64,000 nt of DNA, from NCBI RefSeq assembly GCF_009914755.1, contig NC_060925.1; one strand, 5' to 3'. The notes beneath the pieces were generated by a model. It was not told the DNA's origin, did no database searches, and saw only the letters and a list, made by a program, of their open reading frames with translations. Below, piece after piece: positions 36,984 to 49,832 of the stretch. Source of the stretch: the human T2T-CHM13v2.0 reference genome, Homo sapiens. Position 1 is the stretch's first letter. Each line of letters starts with the position of its first letter. Made by a program: the position numbers and the translations under genes.

Positions 36984-37832
36984 TTTAAACCAAAAATAAA
37001 GCTCTAATCCCCACAACTGACTGACGAACCTCCATCTTGGCCAAGGGTATTCCAAAGGAAACCTGAAAATCTAGTTCAGGCCATGTTGGGAAGTGGGGTC
37101 AGACATGGCTCATTATACCCTTCTCCCTTAGGGATTCAGGCACAACTGACCAGCATTAACCTTAAAACAGAGATCTTAAGACTGACCAAACAGACTGTTG
37201 CTATAAGATATCAACATGACAGTTAGCAGATCCTGAAAGAAATTGAAGTATTTTACCCCAAACTATATTTATTTGACATATTTTGAAATGGCCCTGTAAA
37301 GCTGTCTCTTGTGGGGAAAATTCCCATTCTGTAGAGAATTCCCTTCCCTCTCCAGGTCTTTTCCCTGATCCAGGAGAGAATTGACTAAGAGTCTGGCTCC
37401 TTTTAGGTCTGATAAGAGCTCCGCAGCCTGCTACCTGGAGGTTTCATGTGCATGATAAACCGTGGTCTCCACAATCCCCATCTTAACCCAGACATTCCTT
37501 TCTATTGGTTGGAGGTCTTTAGATAATAACTCTTTCAACCAATTGCCAATCAGAAAATCTTTGAATTCACTTATGACTTGGACGCCCCCCCCGCCACCCA
37601 CCCACCTCCTGCTTGGAGTTGTCCCACCTTTCCAGCGAAACCAATATACATCTTACATGTATCGATTGATGTCTCATGTCTCCCTAAAATATATAAAACC
37701 AAACTGTAGCCTGACCACGTTGGGTACATGTTCTCAGGATCTGCTGGGGCTGTGCCACAGGCCGTGGTCACTAATATTTGGCTTAGAATAAATCTCTTCA
37801 AATATTTTACACAGTTTGACTCTTTGTCAACA
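36984..37832 (+). mobile_element. ERV1 solo LTR, MER4 family
   Basis: Starts TTTAAACCAAAAATAAA...GGCCAAGGGTATTCCAAAG...TAGTTCAGGCCATG and ends AATAAATCTCTTCAAATATTTTAC...GTCAACA; 4-bp TSD CCTC/CCTT. Confidence 0.85.
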
Positions 37833-38327
37833 CCTTCCCTTGTTTCCAGATCAAAACCCGTGAAAACAAGAGCCAGCTCACGTGCTTCCGGTAAACAGCA
37901 GTACGTCATCATGCCCCCATCTGAAGAAAAGGAGCTTCCCTCTGGGCAAGAGGAGCCCAGGTAGGGAGGGCTACAGAGCACCAGGGCTCTGGGCTCTCTC
38001 TCAGCCCAACACCCAGTGGGACCCAGCCAGGCAAGGGCAAGTGGCAGGCACTGGGCAGCTTGTGTGGACACAGCCCTGGCCTGACCCAGAGAAGCACATG
38101 CTCCCTGCCTTCAGGGTGCTCTTGGGGGACATGGACGCGAGACCCTAACAATACAGCCACCATTACAGACAGACGACCAGAGCCAGCTCTGAGCCTTGGA
38201 CTGGGAGGGAACAGGAACAGAGAGAATGCTGCTGGTGGGATGGGGACACTATCCAGGAAGGCTGCCTCAGAGGGGAAGTTCCGAAGCAAACTGGCAAGGT
38301 GAACAGGGACCTGGGTCCACTCATTCA

Positions 38328-38333
38328 TTTATT
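38328..38333 (-). terminator. PGLYRP3: Probable PGLYRP3 polyadenylation signal
   Basis: AATAAA on the minus strand about 830 nt past the stop, within an L2-like (TCAT)n tail. Confidence 0.55.
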
Positions 38334-38639
38334 CATCCATTTCTTTAACAAACATCTGTAGAACCTATTAAACTCCAAACACTGCTGAGGAACTGAGGAT
38401 AGAGATGAATAAAATAGAATTCCTCCCTTGGAGAAACTTACAACCCAGAGGAGAGGACAGACATATCTATAAATCATATCTATAAATAATTACAGCCCTT
38501 AAGTAAGGGCTGCATCCAAATATGTACCAGTCCATGTGTGAGCAGAGAGGGGGGGTGGGCACACTGACCTAGGTCATGGGTGAGGGATGAAGGGTGGGGG
38601 CTTCCAGGCAGAAAACAGGGAAGGCTCACCAGGCAGAGG

Positions 38640-38866
38640 CGGGGAGAGGGGGAGAGAGAGAGAGAGAGAGAGAGAGTGAGAAAGCAAGAAAGAAGGTGAA
38701 AGGAAGGAAGGAAGGAAGGAAGGAAGGAAGGAAGGAAGGAAGGAAGGAAGGAAGGAAGGAAAGAAAGAAAAAGAAAGAAAGAAAGAAAGAAGAAAGAAAG
38801 AAAGAAAGAGAAAGGAAGCAAAGAAAGAAAGAAGAGGAGACAGGGGTTGGGGGGAGAGAGAGAGAA
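38640..38866. repeat. Compound polypurine microsatellite (GA)n/(GGAA)n/(GAAA)n
   Basis: Read directly from the sequence; lies in the predicted PGLYRP3 3' UTR. Confidence 0.95.
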
Positions 38867-39159
38867 ATGCCACAAGGACCAGCCCATTGTCTCGCCTGAC
38901 TGAGGAGGTAAGTGCCCAGGGGAGAGGTAGGTAAAAGAGAGGGGAAGTCTAAACTCAGACCAAGAGGGCTGTGAATGCCCAGCTGTGAGGTTTGGGGGCT
39001 CCTGGAGGATGTTGGCAGGAAAGGACATGACCATTCAAACCTGAGAAAGGATGGGCTGGCAGGGGAGGGGGACACAAGGTGCTGAGCCAGCTTGGCTGGT
39101 GAGGGTTGGAGAGACCCAGCAGGGGAGGGAGGGCAGTCTCAAAGGGAGTGGGGCCTCCT

Positions 39160-39338
39160 TCAGTGCTTGAAATGAGGCCAGGTGCTGATGATGTTATACA
39201 AAGCCTGCCCAGGGGACAGGATGTTGACCACGTCACTGTGGCCCATCAGCAGGTAGTTTGGAGTCAGGTACCCCTCAACCACGGCACACTGGATCAGGTC
39301 CTGGGCCGCCTCCAGCGCTGCAGCATTTGGAGGCTTTT
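39160..39338 (-). CDS. PGLYRP3: PGLYRP3 coding exon 7 (last), 179 nt to TGA
   Basis: TTTTGCAG acceptor; EKPPNAAALEAAQDLIQCAV...HSDVVNILSPGQALYNIISTWPHFKH*. Ser in SPG replaces the Zn-ligand Cys, as expected for a non-amidase PGRP. Confidence 0.97.
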
Positions 39339-39576
39339 CTGCAAAACACATTTTCCCCATCAGTCATTAGGGGCTCAAAGTTTCTTGATTAGGGAAGGGA
39401 CAAGCACCTAGATTCCAGTTTCTTTCTTCCTCCACCACGCCCCATTCCGCCATCACCATAGCCAACACATTTACGTAAATTGTGGCAATCAGGCACAAAA
39501 AGAAAACAAGGTCATTGCTTTCTCTGATTCCTCCGTGCCAAAGTTTCTTCCAGAAGGTTAAAAACTGCTGTGGAGG

Positions 39577-39998
<422 letters not shown>

Positions 39999-40316
39999 CT
40001 AACAAGAAAGGGGACACATTTGCCAACTGAGCGATAAAAGCACTGAAGTTTGCAAAAGACGTTTCCCCCCTTGCTCCATGTTTGCCTTGGATATAAAGCA
40101 AGGTGGAGCTGGGCATGGGGATGGGTGGATTTGGGGGTAAATGCTCTGTCTGAAAGGGGATCCTGGTGACATCCTGTATTAAGAGTCCACTTTAAAGCTA
40201 AAATGTTCCATTCACACTGCCAGGCACTACAGGGCTGCCTTTCCCGCCATGTTTCCCAGACATGCTGCATGGTCCTTCAACCCCCAGCACCCCTCTACCC
40301 CATGCTCACCCCTTAC

Positions 40317-40435
40317 CTACAAAGTAGCCGATGAAGGCAATTCCTAGGGCAATATCGTTGAATCCATAAGTGTGAGAGCCTTGGATGTGCCATCCAACCC
40401 CTTCATACACGCCACCATCCTGGCCCACCAGGAAG
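40317..40435 (-). CDS. PGLYRP3: PGLYRP3 coding exon 6, 119 nt
   Basis: CCTAAG acceptor, G|GTAAGG donor; (H)FLVGQDGGVYEGVGWHIQGSHTYGFNDIALGIAFIGYFV. Confidence 0.97.
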
Positions 40436-40479
40436 CTTAGGTCAGGAAAAGAAAATGAAGACAGTCACTCTGGGAAACA

Positions 40480-41650
40480 GAATTTAAATACTTCATTCAC
40501 TCCTTCAACCACTCATTCATTCTTTCATCCATTCATCCAATATTGACTGGAGATCTCTTATGTGCCAATGTGGACAAGGACAGAAAACAAAACAAAACAA
40601 AAAAATACCACAGTCCACTTCAACCTGGCCTTTGTTCCCATCACACCACTAAATCTGACCCCTCCAAGGTGAGCAGTGGCTTCCTGGCACTAAGTACAAT
40701 GGACACTTACTTTACTTCTAGACTACACTGACCCTGTTGACCACTCTCTTAAAATGTTCCCTTCCCCGGGCTTCCACAACCACAACCCTCCTTGTTCTCC
40801 TCCTCCTGCTGCTCCCTCAGGCCCCTCTCCCACCCCACCTTACCTTCCTCAAACATGGTGCTCCTCCGCACTCTAGTCTAGGCCATTCTCTCACTCAACG
40901 TATTCACCCTGGACAATCATTGCCACAGCTTCAAGTACTACCTGTAAAAACAGTCCAAGCAAACCCACCTTCTTCTAAAATTTATCCAGCTAGAAAATTG
41001 GACAACACCCTGAATGCCTTCTACCCCCTCACTCAGCCCACCTGGTCACCAATCATGGCTTGTCAATTGTATCTCCTACACAGCTTCTAAATTCCTCCAC
41101 TTCTTTCTAGACCAACTGCCACGATCCCACTGCAAGTCACTGGATCACTGCAATAGCTTCCTGCCCAGAGTTTTGCCTCCTTCCAACCCATTCTTAAAGT
41201 AGCACCCAGAGTGATTTTTCTAAAATACAAATCCTATCATAGAGCATGACCTCCCAAATAGTCTGCAGCTGCCTTTCAAATTGAGTCAGTCTCTCTGAGT
41301 CTGCTATGAGGCCCTCCGTGATGTGGCCCCTCCCAGGCTTTCCCACCCTTACTACTCACCACTCCTCTCTTTCAAATCTATTTGTAATGCTCTGTCTGAA
41401 CCCCGGGCCCTGGCAAATACTGTTCCTCCTCACCCAGACACTCTTCCTCCTTCTTTGCCTGAATAAACCCCACTGCTTATCCATGTCCCAATGAGGATAC
41501 TCCTCCCTCTAGAAGCCATTCTCAGACCCCAATCACCCCCCACAAAGCCTTGATTAGAGACTCATCATATACATTATCCTGTTCTGCATCCATCACAGTG
41601 CTCAAACACTTTGACTTGTAGTTACTTGTTAGCCCTCCTTCTCTCATATC
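40480..41650 (+). mobile_element. L2 fragments
   Basis: C/T-rich sense L2-like body (CTGGATCACTGCAATAGCTTCCT...CCAGAGTGATTTTTCTAAAA); (TTCA)n L2 tail at about 40490. Confidence 0.6.
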
Positions 41651-41655
41651 TATCA

Positions 41656-42482
41656 GTGAAAGTTGTCAGAATCAAAATGGAGTCACTTGTGTCAAACTCT
41701 AACAAAAATAAATAAAGCCAGGAGGTTGAAAAGGGTGGACCCTCATGCACACAAGCCTACAATAAGAACTAGCACAAAGACTCTCTGAAGGACTCTTACG
41801 CACACAAGCCTGTAACAAGAACTTTTGCCAAAAACTTTCAAAACTGCAGCTTGTTACTAGTCACAAGGACATCTGGCTGATGAAGAACACTTGCCCAGCA
41901 CACTGTCTCCACTAATGAACTGGTGTCACCTCCCGCGATAAGTTCCAATGTTCTCCAGTGTTCCCTTTATTTCAAAACAAACGATGTACACTTTTCCCTT
42001 TTGCCTTTAAAAGCTTCCCCTAGCCTGAACCTCTTTGGATATGCCTGTGGTTCCTGTAGCATGCATATCCCAGATTTGCAAATTCCCTTTACACTCTCAA
42101 ATAAAATACTTATCTTTATTCTCTTGCTTTTGTTTTTGTCTTTTTCAGACAGGGTCTCACTCTGTTGCTCAGGCTGAAGGGCAGTGGCACAACCATGACT
42201 CACTGCAGCCTCAAACTACTAGGCTCAAGCGATCCTCCGTTTCAGCCTTCCAAGTAGTTGGGACTGACTACAGGTATACATGTCACCACACCCAGCTAAT
42301 TATTTTATTTTTTTGAAGAGATGGGGTCTCCCTATGTTGCCCAGGCTGATCTCAAACTCCTGACCTCAAGCAATCCTTCCGCCTCGGCCTCCTAAAATGC
42401 TGAGATTATAGGCATGAGCCACCGTGCCTGGCCAAATTAATCATCTTTGGAGAATCTCTCTCTGTTTGTTGTTAGATTGATA
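41656..42482 (+). mobile_element. ERV1 LTR (MER34/MER39-like) with an antisense AluJ at about 42120-42433
   Basis: TGAAAGTTGTCAGAATCAAAATGGAGTCACT start; similar to the LTR at about 17750-18132. Confidence 0.7.
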
Positions 42483-43621
42483 TATCTCGTCTAGCACCAG
42501 GCATATAGTAGCTATCCAATAACTATTGATTAAAAAACTAGAAAATAATGTGTGAGTGGGTGCTTTGTCCTGATTACAGTCCATATCAGGGTTACAGGTG
42601 ACATATCATGAGGCTGGAGCAGAAGGATATTGCAACAGGTTTTGAAAAGTCAAGGAACGGGGATGGAGTCTCTAAAGACTGAGTGAAAGAGGAAAACAAA
42701 CATTCCCTCACCTTCTGGCATTTTCCATGTGGAATTTCCAGATTTTTAGTCAATTTCTTGTTACCTGTGCTAAATAACCATAGAAAGCCTATGGAAAATC
42801 CTGCAAAGTGAAGCAAGAGTTCCCTCCTGTTTGCAAAGGCTGCTTTTAAAACAGGAGTTAAAAGGAGAGATAGTAGGCCCAGAACAACACATGTGCAAAA
42901 GCACATCTACCTGAGACTTTGTAAGATTTGTTGTGATTAAGTCACAGATGAATAATTGAAATACATTATACTCTAGCCCTAAATCCTTCCTTTGAAAATT
43001 CCAAGACATCTTCCAAGCAGCTTCTTCTACTCCATTAGTTTAATGTGTTTCTTTATTACAGACCTGGCATTAAAGGTACCAAAAGAAAATGTTTTGATCT
43101 TGCTCCCTGTCTTCAAACAGATAAAGCATTGTCCCTATTGTAGAGATGAGACAAAAGAGGCCCAGAGAGGTTAAAAGTTCCTACATCTATAAAATGAGGT
43201 AAGTAACACCAGAGGAATAGCAGGATTCTAACATCGGAGAGAGCAAGTTTGGAGCTGGGCAGACTGAGATAGGAGTGAGCAAGGCCTTTGTCTCTGACAG
43301 GTTAGAAGGGATTGCATTAAAAAGGTACAACCCTTCATGGCCTTCCCTGAGGGTATCACAGTCTTGCTTTATCACTAGGCTTCTAATGCCTTCTTTTCAG
43401 AATCTTCCCAACCACTTGTGGAGATACGTCCAAGCGAGGTAACTGACCATTAGCTATGCTCTGAATGATCCTCAGCCCAATCTTGCAAAAATAAAATATG
43501 ATGCCTTATGGAAACCACCCAGCCCAAAGGAGAGGCTCAGGAAACATCAGTTCCCTCCCACAGCCTTCCTTCCTACAATCCTGAAGAAAAAGAGGGTTCT
43601 TTTGGCATTGATCCCACTTAC

Positions 43622-43820
43622 TGATATCCAATGTCACAAAAGTTCCGTGTGTCCATGTGAAAGGACTGTATGTTTCGGACGACAGTCTGGCAGTCTGTGG
43701 ATACAGTGCAGCTTGTGCCAGCGGTGTGGATGATGATGACATATTTGGCTGGGAGGTTCATTTTAGGGCAGTGTGTCTCTCTGGCTTCCCAAGCAGATCG
43801 TTTGATGATGTTGGGGCAAA
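43622..43820 (-). CDS. PGLYRP3: PGLYRP3 coding exon 5, 199 nt
   Basis: TTTACCACAG acceptor, CA|GTAAGT donor; (V)CPNIIKRSAWEARETHCPKMNLPAKYVIIIHTAG...FCDIGY. Confidence 0.97.
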
Positions 43821-45069
43821 CTGTGGTAAAATGAAAAGCCAAGGAAGTAGGAATTTTTTTTGCCTCTCTGTGAGCAATCACTCAACTCCAGGCTGGATTA
43901 TTCCTCAGCCTCTCCCAGGCCTCCAGCACCCACGGGCACATCCTAATGTAATATCAGCTTTGGGATTCTGGGGAAGTCCAGTTGGGAGGTTTCTGATTCA
44001 GATGGCTGGAGCCAAGGGGCTGAGGCAAAAATCTACAGGCCTGATACCAATAGAAATCAGCGTATAAGCAGAAGGGAAAGGGCTGTGGGTTATACAGAGG
44101 CATGGTCATTGTCTTCAAAAGACCATGCATTGCAAATATATATGCAGGTATGTGCGCTTATGTAACAGGGCTACTACGCAGAAGTCAGTGGACTCTCCGA
44201 ACTGATCACACATATTTGGAAACAACTTGAAATCTAGAGAGACCTGTACAAATATTAAGAAATTATCATTATTGAAGATAGTGCCTGTCCAAAAGCAAGA
44301 AACATTTTATTTGAGATTTACAGTTTTAAAAAGCTAATTCTAAAAATATCATTGATCCCAAGAAAAGGTCCACTAGCAGGAGTGCTTATTAATTTGACTG
44401 GTTTTAGGTTGCTGCTTATTCACTTCAAAATAGTGCATTATTTTTATTACTCAGCTTTTTGTTATATGCACTCTGATGTCAGCATCATCTGTGAGCACAA
44501 GCTTTTCTCCGAGCTGTGGCTGTGCTGTGGCCATGGCTGGTTTTTGCATTTAGAAAGGTATGTAAGCTTATGTATGTCCTTCGTGTCCCCACATAATAGA
44601 CACAACTATGTATACATGTTAATCCCACTCCATTCCCACTCTATTTTTCTCCATAGCTTTTATGCCGTCTAACATCATATACATTTCTTTGTTATTTTGT
44701 TCATTTTCTGTCTTTTCTCACTGAAGTGCAAGCTTCCTGAAGGTGAAGAGTTTCATCTGTTTTGTTCACAGCTGTATGCTCAGTACTTAGAACAGTGCCT
44801 GCTATGCAGTAAATATTTGTTGACTGACTGAAAATCTGTGTACATATGTATTTGTTTTAAGAAGAAGTCTATGGCTATCTCATTCTGATGGGATGGAGAG
44901 GAGGCCAGGAAGATGCCCTCTCAGAATTTTCCAGATCTCAAAGTAGGCATGAGATGTTCTTAGTCCCAGAATCCCATGGGGTCTAACAGGAAAAAGCACT
45001 CCCAAACATGACTCCAAACATGGCTAGGTGGTGACGAGGAGGAGGGTGAGGTGACATGGAGGGTCTTAC

Positions 45070-45222
45070 CCTTCCTGGGCATCACTGGATGTTGAGGGTC
45101 CAGGCAGGTCTCTTCTTTCAGAAGAAGTGGCTGAATATACCTGGGCGACAGGTGACCCTTCTGGATGGCATAGGAGATCAGACCCTCTGCAGCTGATAAG
45201 GCAGCAGGGCTGGGACTGCTGC
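45070..45222 (-). CDS. PGLYRP3: PGLYRP3 coding exon 4, 153 nt
   Basis: CTCTTTAAG acceptor, G|GTAAGA donor; SSPSPAALSAAEGLISYAIQKGHLSPRYIQPLLLKEETCLDPQHPVMPRK. Confidence 0.96.
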
Positions 45223-46163
45223 CTTAAAGAGGAGGACAGGGAGCACAAAAATGTCAGTAAGAAACTCCACCTAGACCAGACACCTGCAGAAAGGATGATA
45301 TGACCACTTGAGCCTGAATAACTGGATTGGAAGAGAGGAAACTGGTCCAGTTGCCAGAACAGAGTGCCTAAGAGGCGAGAAGCTACCTAGATCTCTTAGC
45401 AGCCAAGGTTGAAAACTTCTTCCAAGAGCCAAGCTAAGACTTTATCCACTCCATCTCTAGGCAGAAGAGCTGGAAGGCAGTGAAGGATACATGCAAAGGG
45501 AGGCCCACCTGACCAAGTCAGGTGTGCACTAGCACAGGAGAAAAGGCAACCAGAATTTACTCATAGCTCCCCTGATCAGGTGTGCAGTAGGCTTTTTATA
45601 TCTGTTAACTCATAACTCTCACAGAAAACCTCTGAGAGAAATGCTGTTACCTAGCCCCAGCTGTCAAATGAGGATGCTGGCAGGTGCTGGTTCCATATGT
45701 ATTATTTCTCAGCTCCATCCCTGTTCTGTGCTTTTCTCTATTTTTCTAGGGGCTAGAAGCCTGCAAATTATACCTCCAGATTTCCTTGCCTGCTGCCTTC
45801 TGGTCACTTTCTACCAGTGGAAGAAACTGGAATAAGAGATGAGCCATGCTTCTCTGCCTCTGGCAGTCACAGCATCTATGTCAGACAACCTCAGACTTTA
45901 GAAGTGACAGCAATAACCGTGAGCTCAAGCAACGCCCATGCAAGCTTCAGCAATATCACAGGAGTACAGACCAGTAAAGAGAGGCAGAGGACAAAAAGTA
46001 TGCATGTCACAGGATCCAAAGGAGAAAAGAATTTCAAGAGAAGGGTGATCATCAGAGAAGGTAAGTATGATGTAGGGTAAAAAGATGAGTGTTGACCCTT
46101 GGGAGTGGAGGAAGAGAGTGTACACAACTCTCCAGCACAGGGTCCGCAGGGAGTGACCCTTAC

Positions 46164-46282
46164 TTATCTTATTGCCAAAGAAGGCGATGCCCAGGGAAAT
46201 GTTGTTGTAGCCCTGGGTGTGCAAGCCTTGGATGTTCCAGCCAACACCTTCATACACCCTGCCATCATCCCCAACCAGGAAG
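46164..46282 (-). CDS. PGLYRP3: PGLYRP3 coding exon 3, 119 nt
   Basis: CTTGTCAG acceptor, A|GTAAGG donor; (N)FLVGDDGRVYEGVGWNIQGLHTQGYNNISLGIAFFGNKI. Confidence 0.97.
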
Positions 46283-48279
46283 CTGACAAGAAGGAAATAA
46301 TGATTTTACTGCAAATCTCCATAAATGAAAACCTCTCACTGATCCTCAAAAGGAAAAGGGGTTCTGGAGGCTCATAAGTAAGTACTATGTTCCAATAACA
46401 TAACAATAGGAGGTGCAGAATAACCAGTTTTAGACCTCCAAGAGACATGGGAATATATTTTAATTTTTGTTGGGATTTAGCTTGCATGTGTTTTCCAGAA
46501 CCTCACTTTAAAAATACTCATTTGGTTCAAAGTGGAATTTGACTGCATGACACTCAAGGACCTGAGGACATTAGTTCAATGCTTTTCAAGAGCTTAAAAA
46601 TTACTACATCATGTTTTTAAATTATAGGACCAAACACTTGAACATTCTCTAAAATAATTATGCCAGATTCAATAGTTCCTTTTGTATTGATGTTTTTCTT
46701 CAGATTCTCTTTAGGAATTTCCTTAAGCTCTTCTTTATCATAGAAATTTGTTTAGAATGTTCCTTTTTCACATTTACTTTTTAAATCAATTTTTTATTCT
46801 ACTTCTTTTATTCCTGCCTCTTTATAATTTCTCTCCTCCACTTTCCAATCAGTCTTCAGAATTGATGTTTTCACAACTTTGCCGTATTCATCTTTTAATA
46901 GAACATGAGTTTCCGCAGCAAACTGAACACAGAAAGAACACCTCCCTTAGGTCAAGGAAAGACACTGAACTGAGTCAGGCCGACTTTCCACCCTACACCG
47001 ATGTCGACATGAGGAATGGGTGTGGAGCCTGGTGTGTCCACCCCTTCCCTGGCTTTGCTGCCAGTACTTTCACAGGTTCCTTGGTCACTCCTGCAGCAGC
47101 CTGTGGTTAGTACGGTGTGAACAGTCCCTTACAGCTACTGTCAGCTGCATTGCAAAAACTGGAGATTGTCAAGTTGTCACTGTAGAAACCTGACTTAGAG
47201 ATGCAGAGGCTGAAATAACTTAGGAATACAGTGACCAAACCAGAAAACACAGCAGCGACAACAGCAGGATGGTGGAGGTGCTGGTGGCAGGGGCAGCAGG
47301 TGAGTCGTGGTTGACATGACATGCCCCATGGGCAGACAGGGAAGACCCAGCCATCCCAGGGGTGCTGGGGGCCAAAACCAGGGCCTGCAGCTGCTCTTAT
47401 TTATTTGTGTTTAAAAATAAATAAATAAATAAATAAGACTTAGATTTTCCTTTCCAAAATGGATAATTCAGAAATTATTTATGTTTGTCTTTAGAGTTCC
47501 ATGCGGGACAGCCCCATTCCCACTCTCTCTTTCCCTCTCCTTCTACATGTGTCTCCTCATTCTTGAGGCTAAGGGAGAAAAGGTTCTGGGCTTCCACTGA
47601 TGATCCCCAGAGCAGAAACTCAATGCACAGTGCACAGCTCCTTCATGCCCTCCCTTGTTTCTTGCGGGTCTCTCCTCCCCGCCATTCCCAAAGCCCACTC
47701 TCCCCGGTGGGGTCCCCGGACTTGCTGTCAGAGTGGTCTTTCAGGGTAACAAGTGGGACACTGCTTCCCAGGTGCGAGTCCCTGTGAGGTGGGGAGGAGC
47801 AAGGGCTACACTGGCAGGTGCTCTCACACAGCTCTGGGTACGTGCTTCCTCTCTCTGAGCAGAGCTTTTAATTCCCCCAAACCATGGCTTTCCCGCCTGT
47901 GAAATAAGGGTAGGAATCTGGGTAGGAACCCATTTCTCAGAGTAGCTGGGAGGGCCAAATCGGGTGATATTTGTGAAGACCTCTGTAAACTGTAACGTTT
48001 CGTGAGTTCCAAGGGCTCAGTTAAAACTGCAGTTGTTACGTAACCTTCCTTGCTTTTTCACAGGAGCACCAGAATCGAAAGCCACTTAAATAAGTGGCTT
48101 AGAGTCATCCCTCTTACAATCCCCGAAGGATTCGGATTTTGTTTGATTCCCCTTTTACCATTTCTATTCATTACAAAAGCAATGTAAATGAAGCGCAGAA
48201 AATAGCCACAGAGAAGGGGAAGTGGGAAGCACCCCCGTGACTTTGGATGTGGGCCTCAGGGACTTGGCTAGCCTCTTAC

Positions 48280-48481
48280 TTGTACGCCACGTCGCACCAG
48301 CCTATGGTGTAGACGGAATGGGACTGCAACCCCCGCAGCATCTGGCTGCAAACGCTCTGCTGCTGGCACTGCATCCCTGGGAGCTGGTCTGTGATGATGT
48401 AGGCCACAGGCAGGGTCAGCAGGGCCCTGCAGGCGAGCGGTCTTGCCCCCCACTCCTTGCGGGAGACGATGGTGGGAGTAT
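48280..48481 (-). CDS. PGLYRP3: PGLYRP3 coding exon 2, 202 nt
   Basis: TCCCTACAG acceptor, AA|GTAAGA donor; DTPTIVSRKEWGARPLACRALLTLPVAYIITDQLPG...WCDVAY. Confidence 0.97.
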
Positions 48482-49131
48482 CTGTAGGGAAGACCACAGA
48501 ATGGCACATAGCAGGCCCTGCCCATCTTCCCCCAACAGGTCGACCATGTGCCCTGACCTCTCATGCTCAGGCCCGACCTGCCCCATGCATGGGAGACACC
48601 CTGGGGGAGCCCTTCACCACCAAAGCCCCCTCCTTCTCTCCACTGTGGCTGAACCACTGCCCAGACACACGCTGCACTCAGCCTGGGAAGTCGTGCCGCC
48701 TTGTTCCCAGACAATCTCTCCTTGTCTTTCCCTGAAGGGCAAATCCCATCCCCTACTGCCCCCTGGCCTACATGCTCCCCTCCTTCAGAAAGCACCCCAG
48801 CCAACCCCGCCGCCCACCCTGGGGCTCTGAGCTGCCTCCTTAGCCCAGAAGCCTGAGGATGCATTTTCCTCACTGCCATTTGCCCTGGTCTCAACTGTGT
48901 CTCTTGTCTTCCCCTCCCCTAAGAACCATGACTCTCTGAAGGAAGCTCTATCAGTCTCCTCAACTAGGGACTCCAGAGCCCACAGGAGGCTCCATAAACA
49001 CGGGGTCTGCACCTCTTTCTTCCGGGCGAACACTCCCTAGCGGCAGGGCTGTGAGATCCCACCTGCCGCGTCAGGCTACCTGAGGGCTCCCTTTCTCCAT
49101 TCTCATCATGGGAGCCCCAGGAGCGCTCTGA

Positions 49132-49506
<375 letters not shown>

Positions 49507-49724
49507 CTCCTTCTCTTTCTTCATTTGAGTTTCTCTTCTTTTTCTCTCCTTAGGCTGAGGAACTCCCCTTTGCCTAAGGACTCAGGATGATCCATGGGAG
49601 TGGTTGGAGACAAACCTCCTGGGATTCCTCCCCACCCCTTTGACTTTCAGCCCAGACATTATCAAGTCCTGAGAAACATTTCTGACCACTTAAGAAGCCC
49701 CAGCCAATCTCCAAACCGCCTCAC

Positions 49725-49832
49725 CATTGCGACCCTTGTGAATGAACTGTGAGATGCTGACAAACAGGTCCATAAGCCTCTGGGACAAGCCTCTGGCTTG
49801 GGTCTCACTCCAGGAGAACTGTGGAAAATCCC
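49725..49832 (-). CDS. PGLYRP3: Putative in-frame cassette exon of PGLYRP3 (108 nt, PGLYRP4-like N-terminal segment)
   Basis: CTCTCTTGCAG acceptor, G|GTGAGG donor, phase 1-1, no stops; (G)DFPQFSWSETQARGLSQRLMDLFVSISQFIHKGRN. Not part of the 341-aa product. Confidence 0.7.

Noticed and set aside
38480-39075. Phe/Leu/Ser-rich and Arg/Lys/Glu-rich ORFs
   Set aside because: Translations of the (GGAA)n/(GAAA)n microsatellite.
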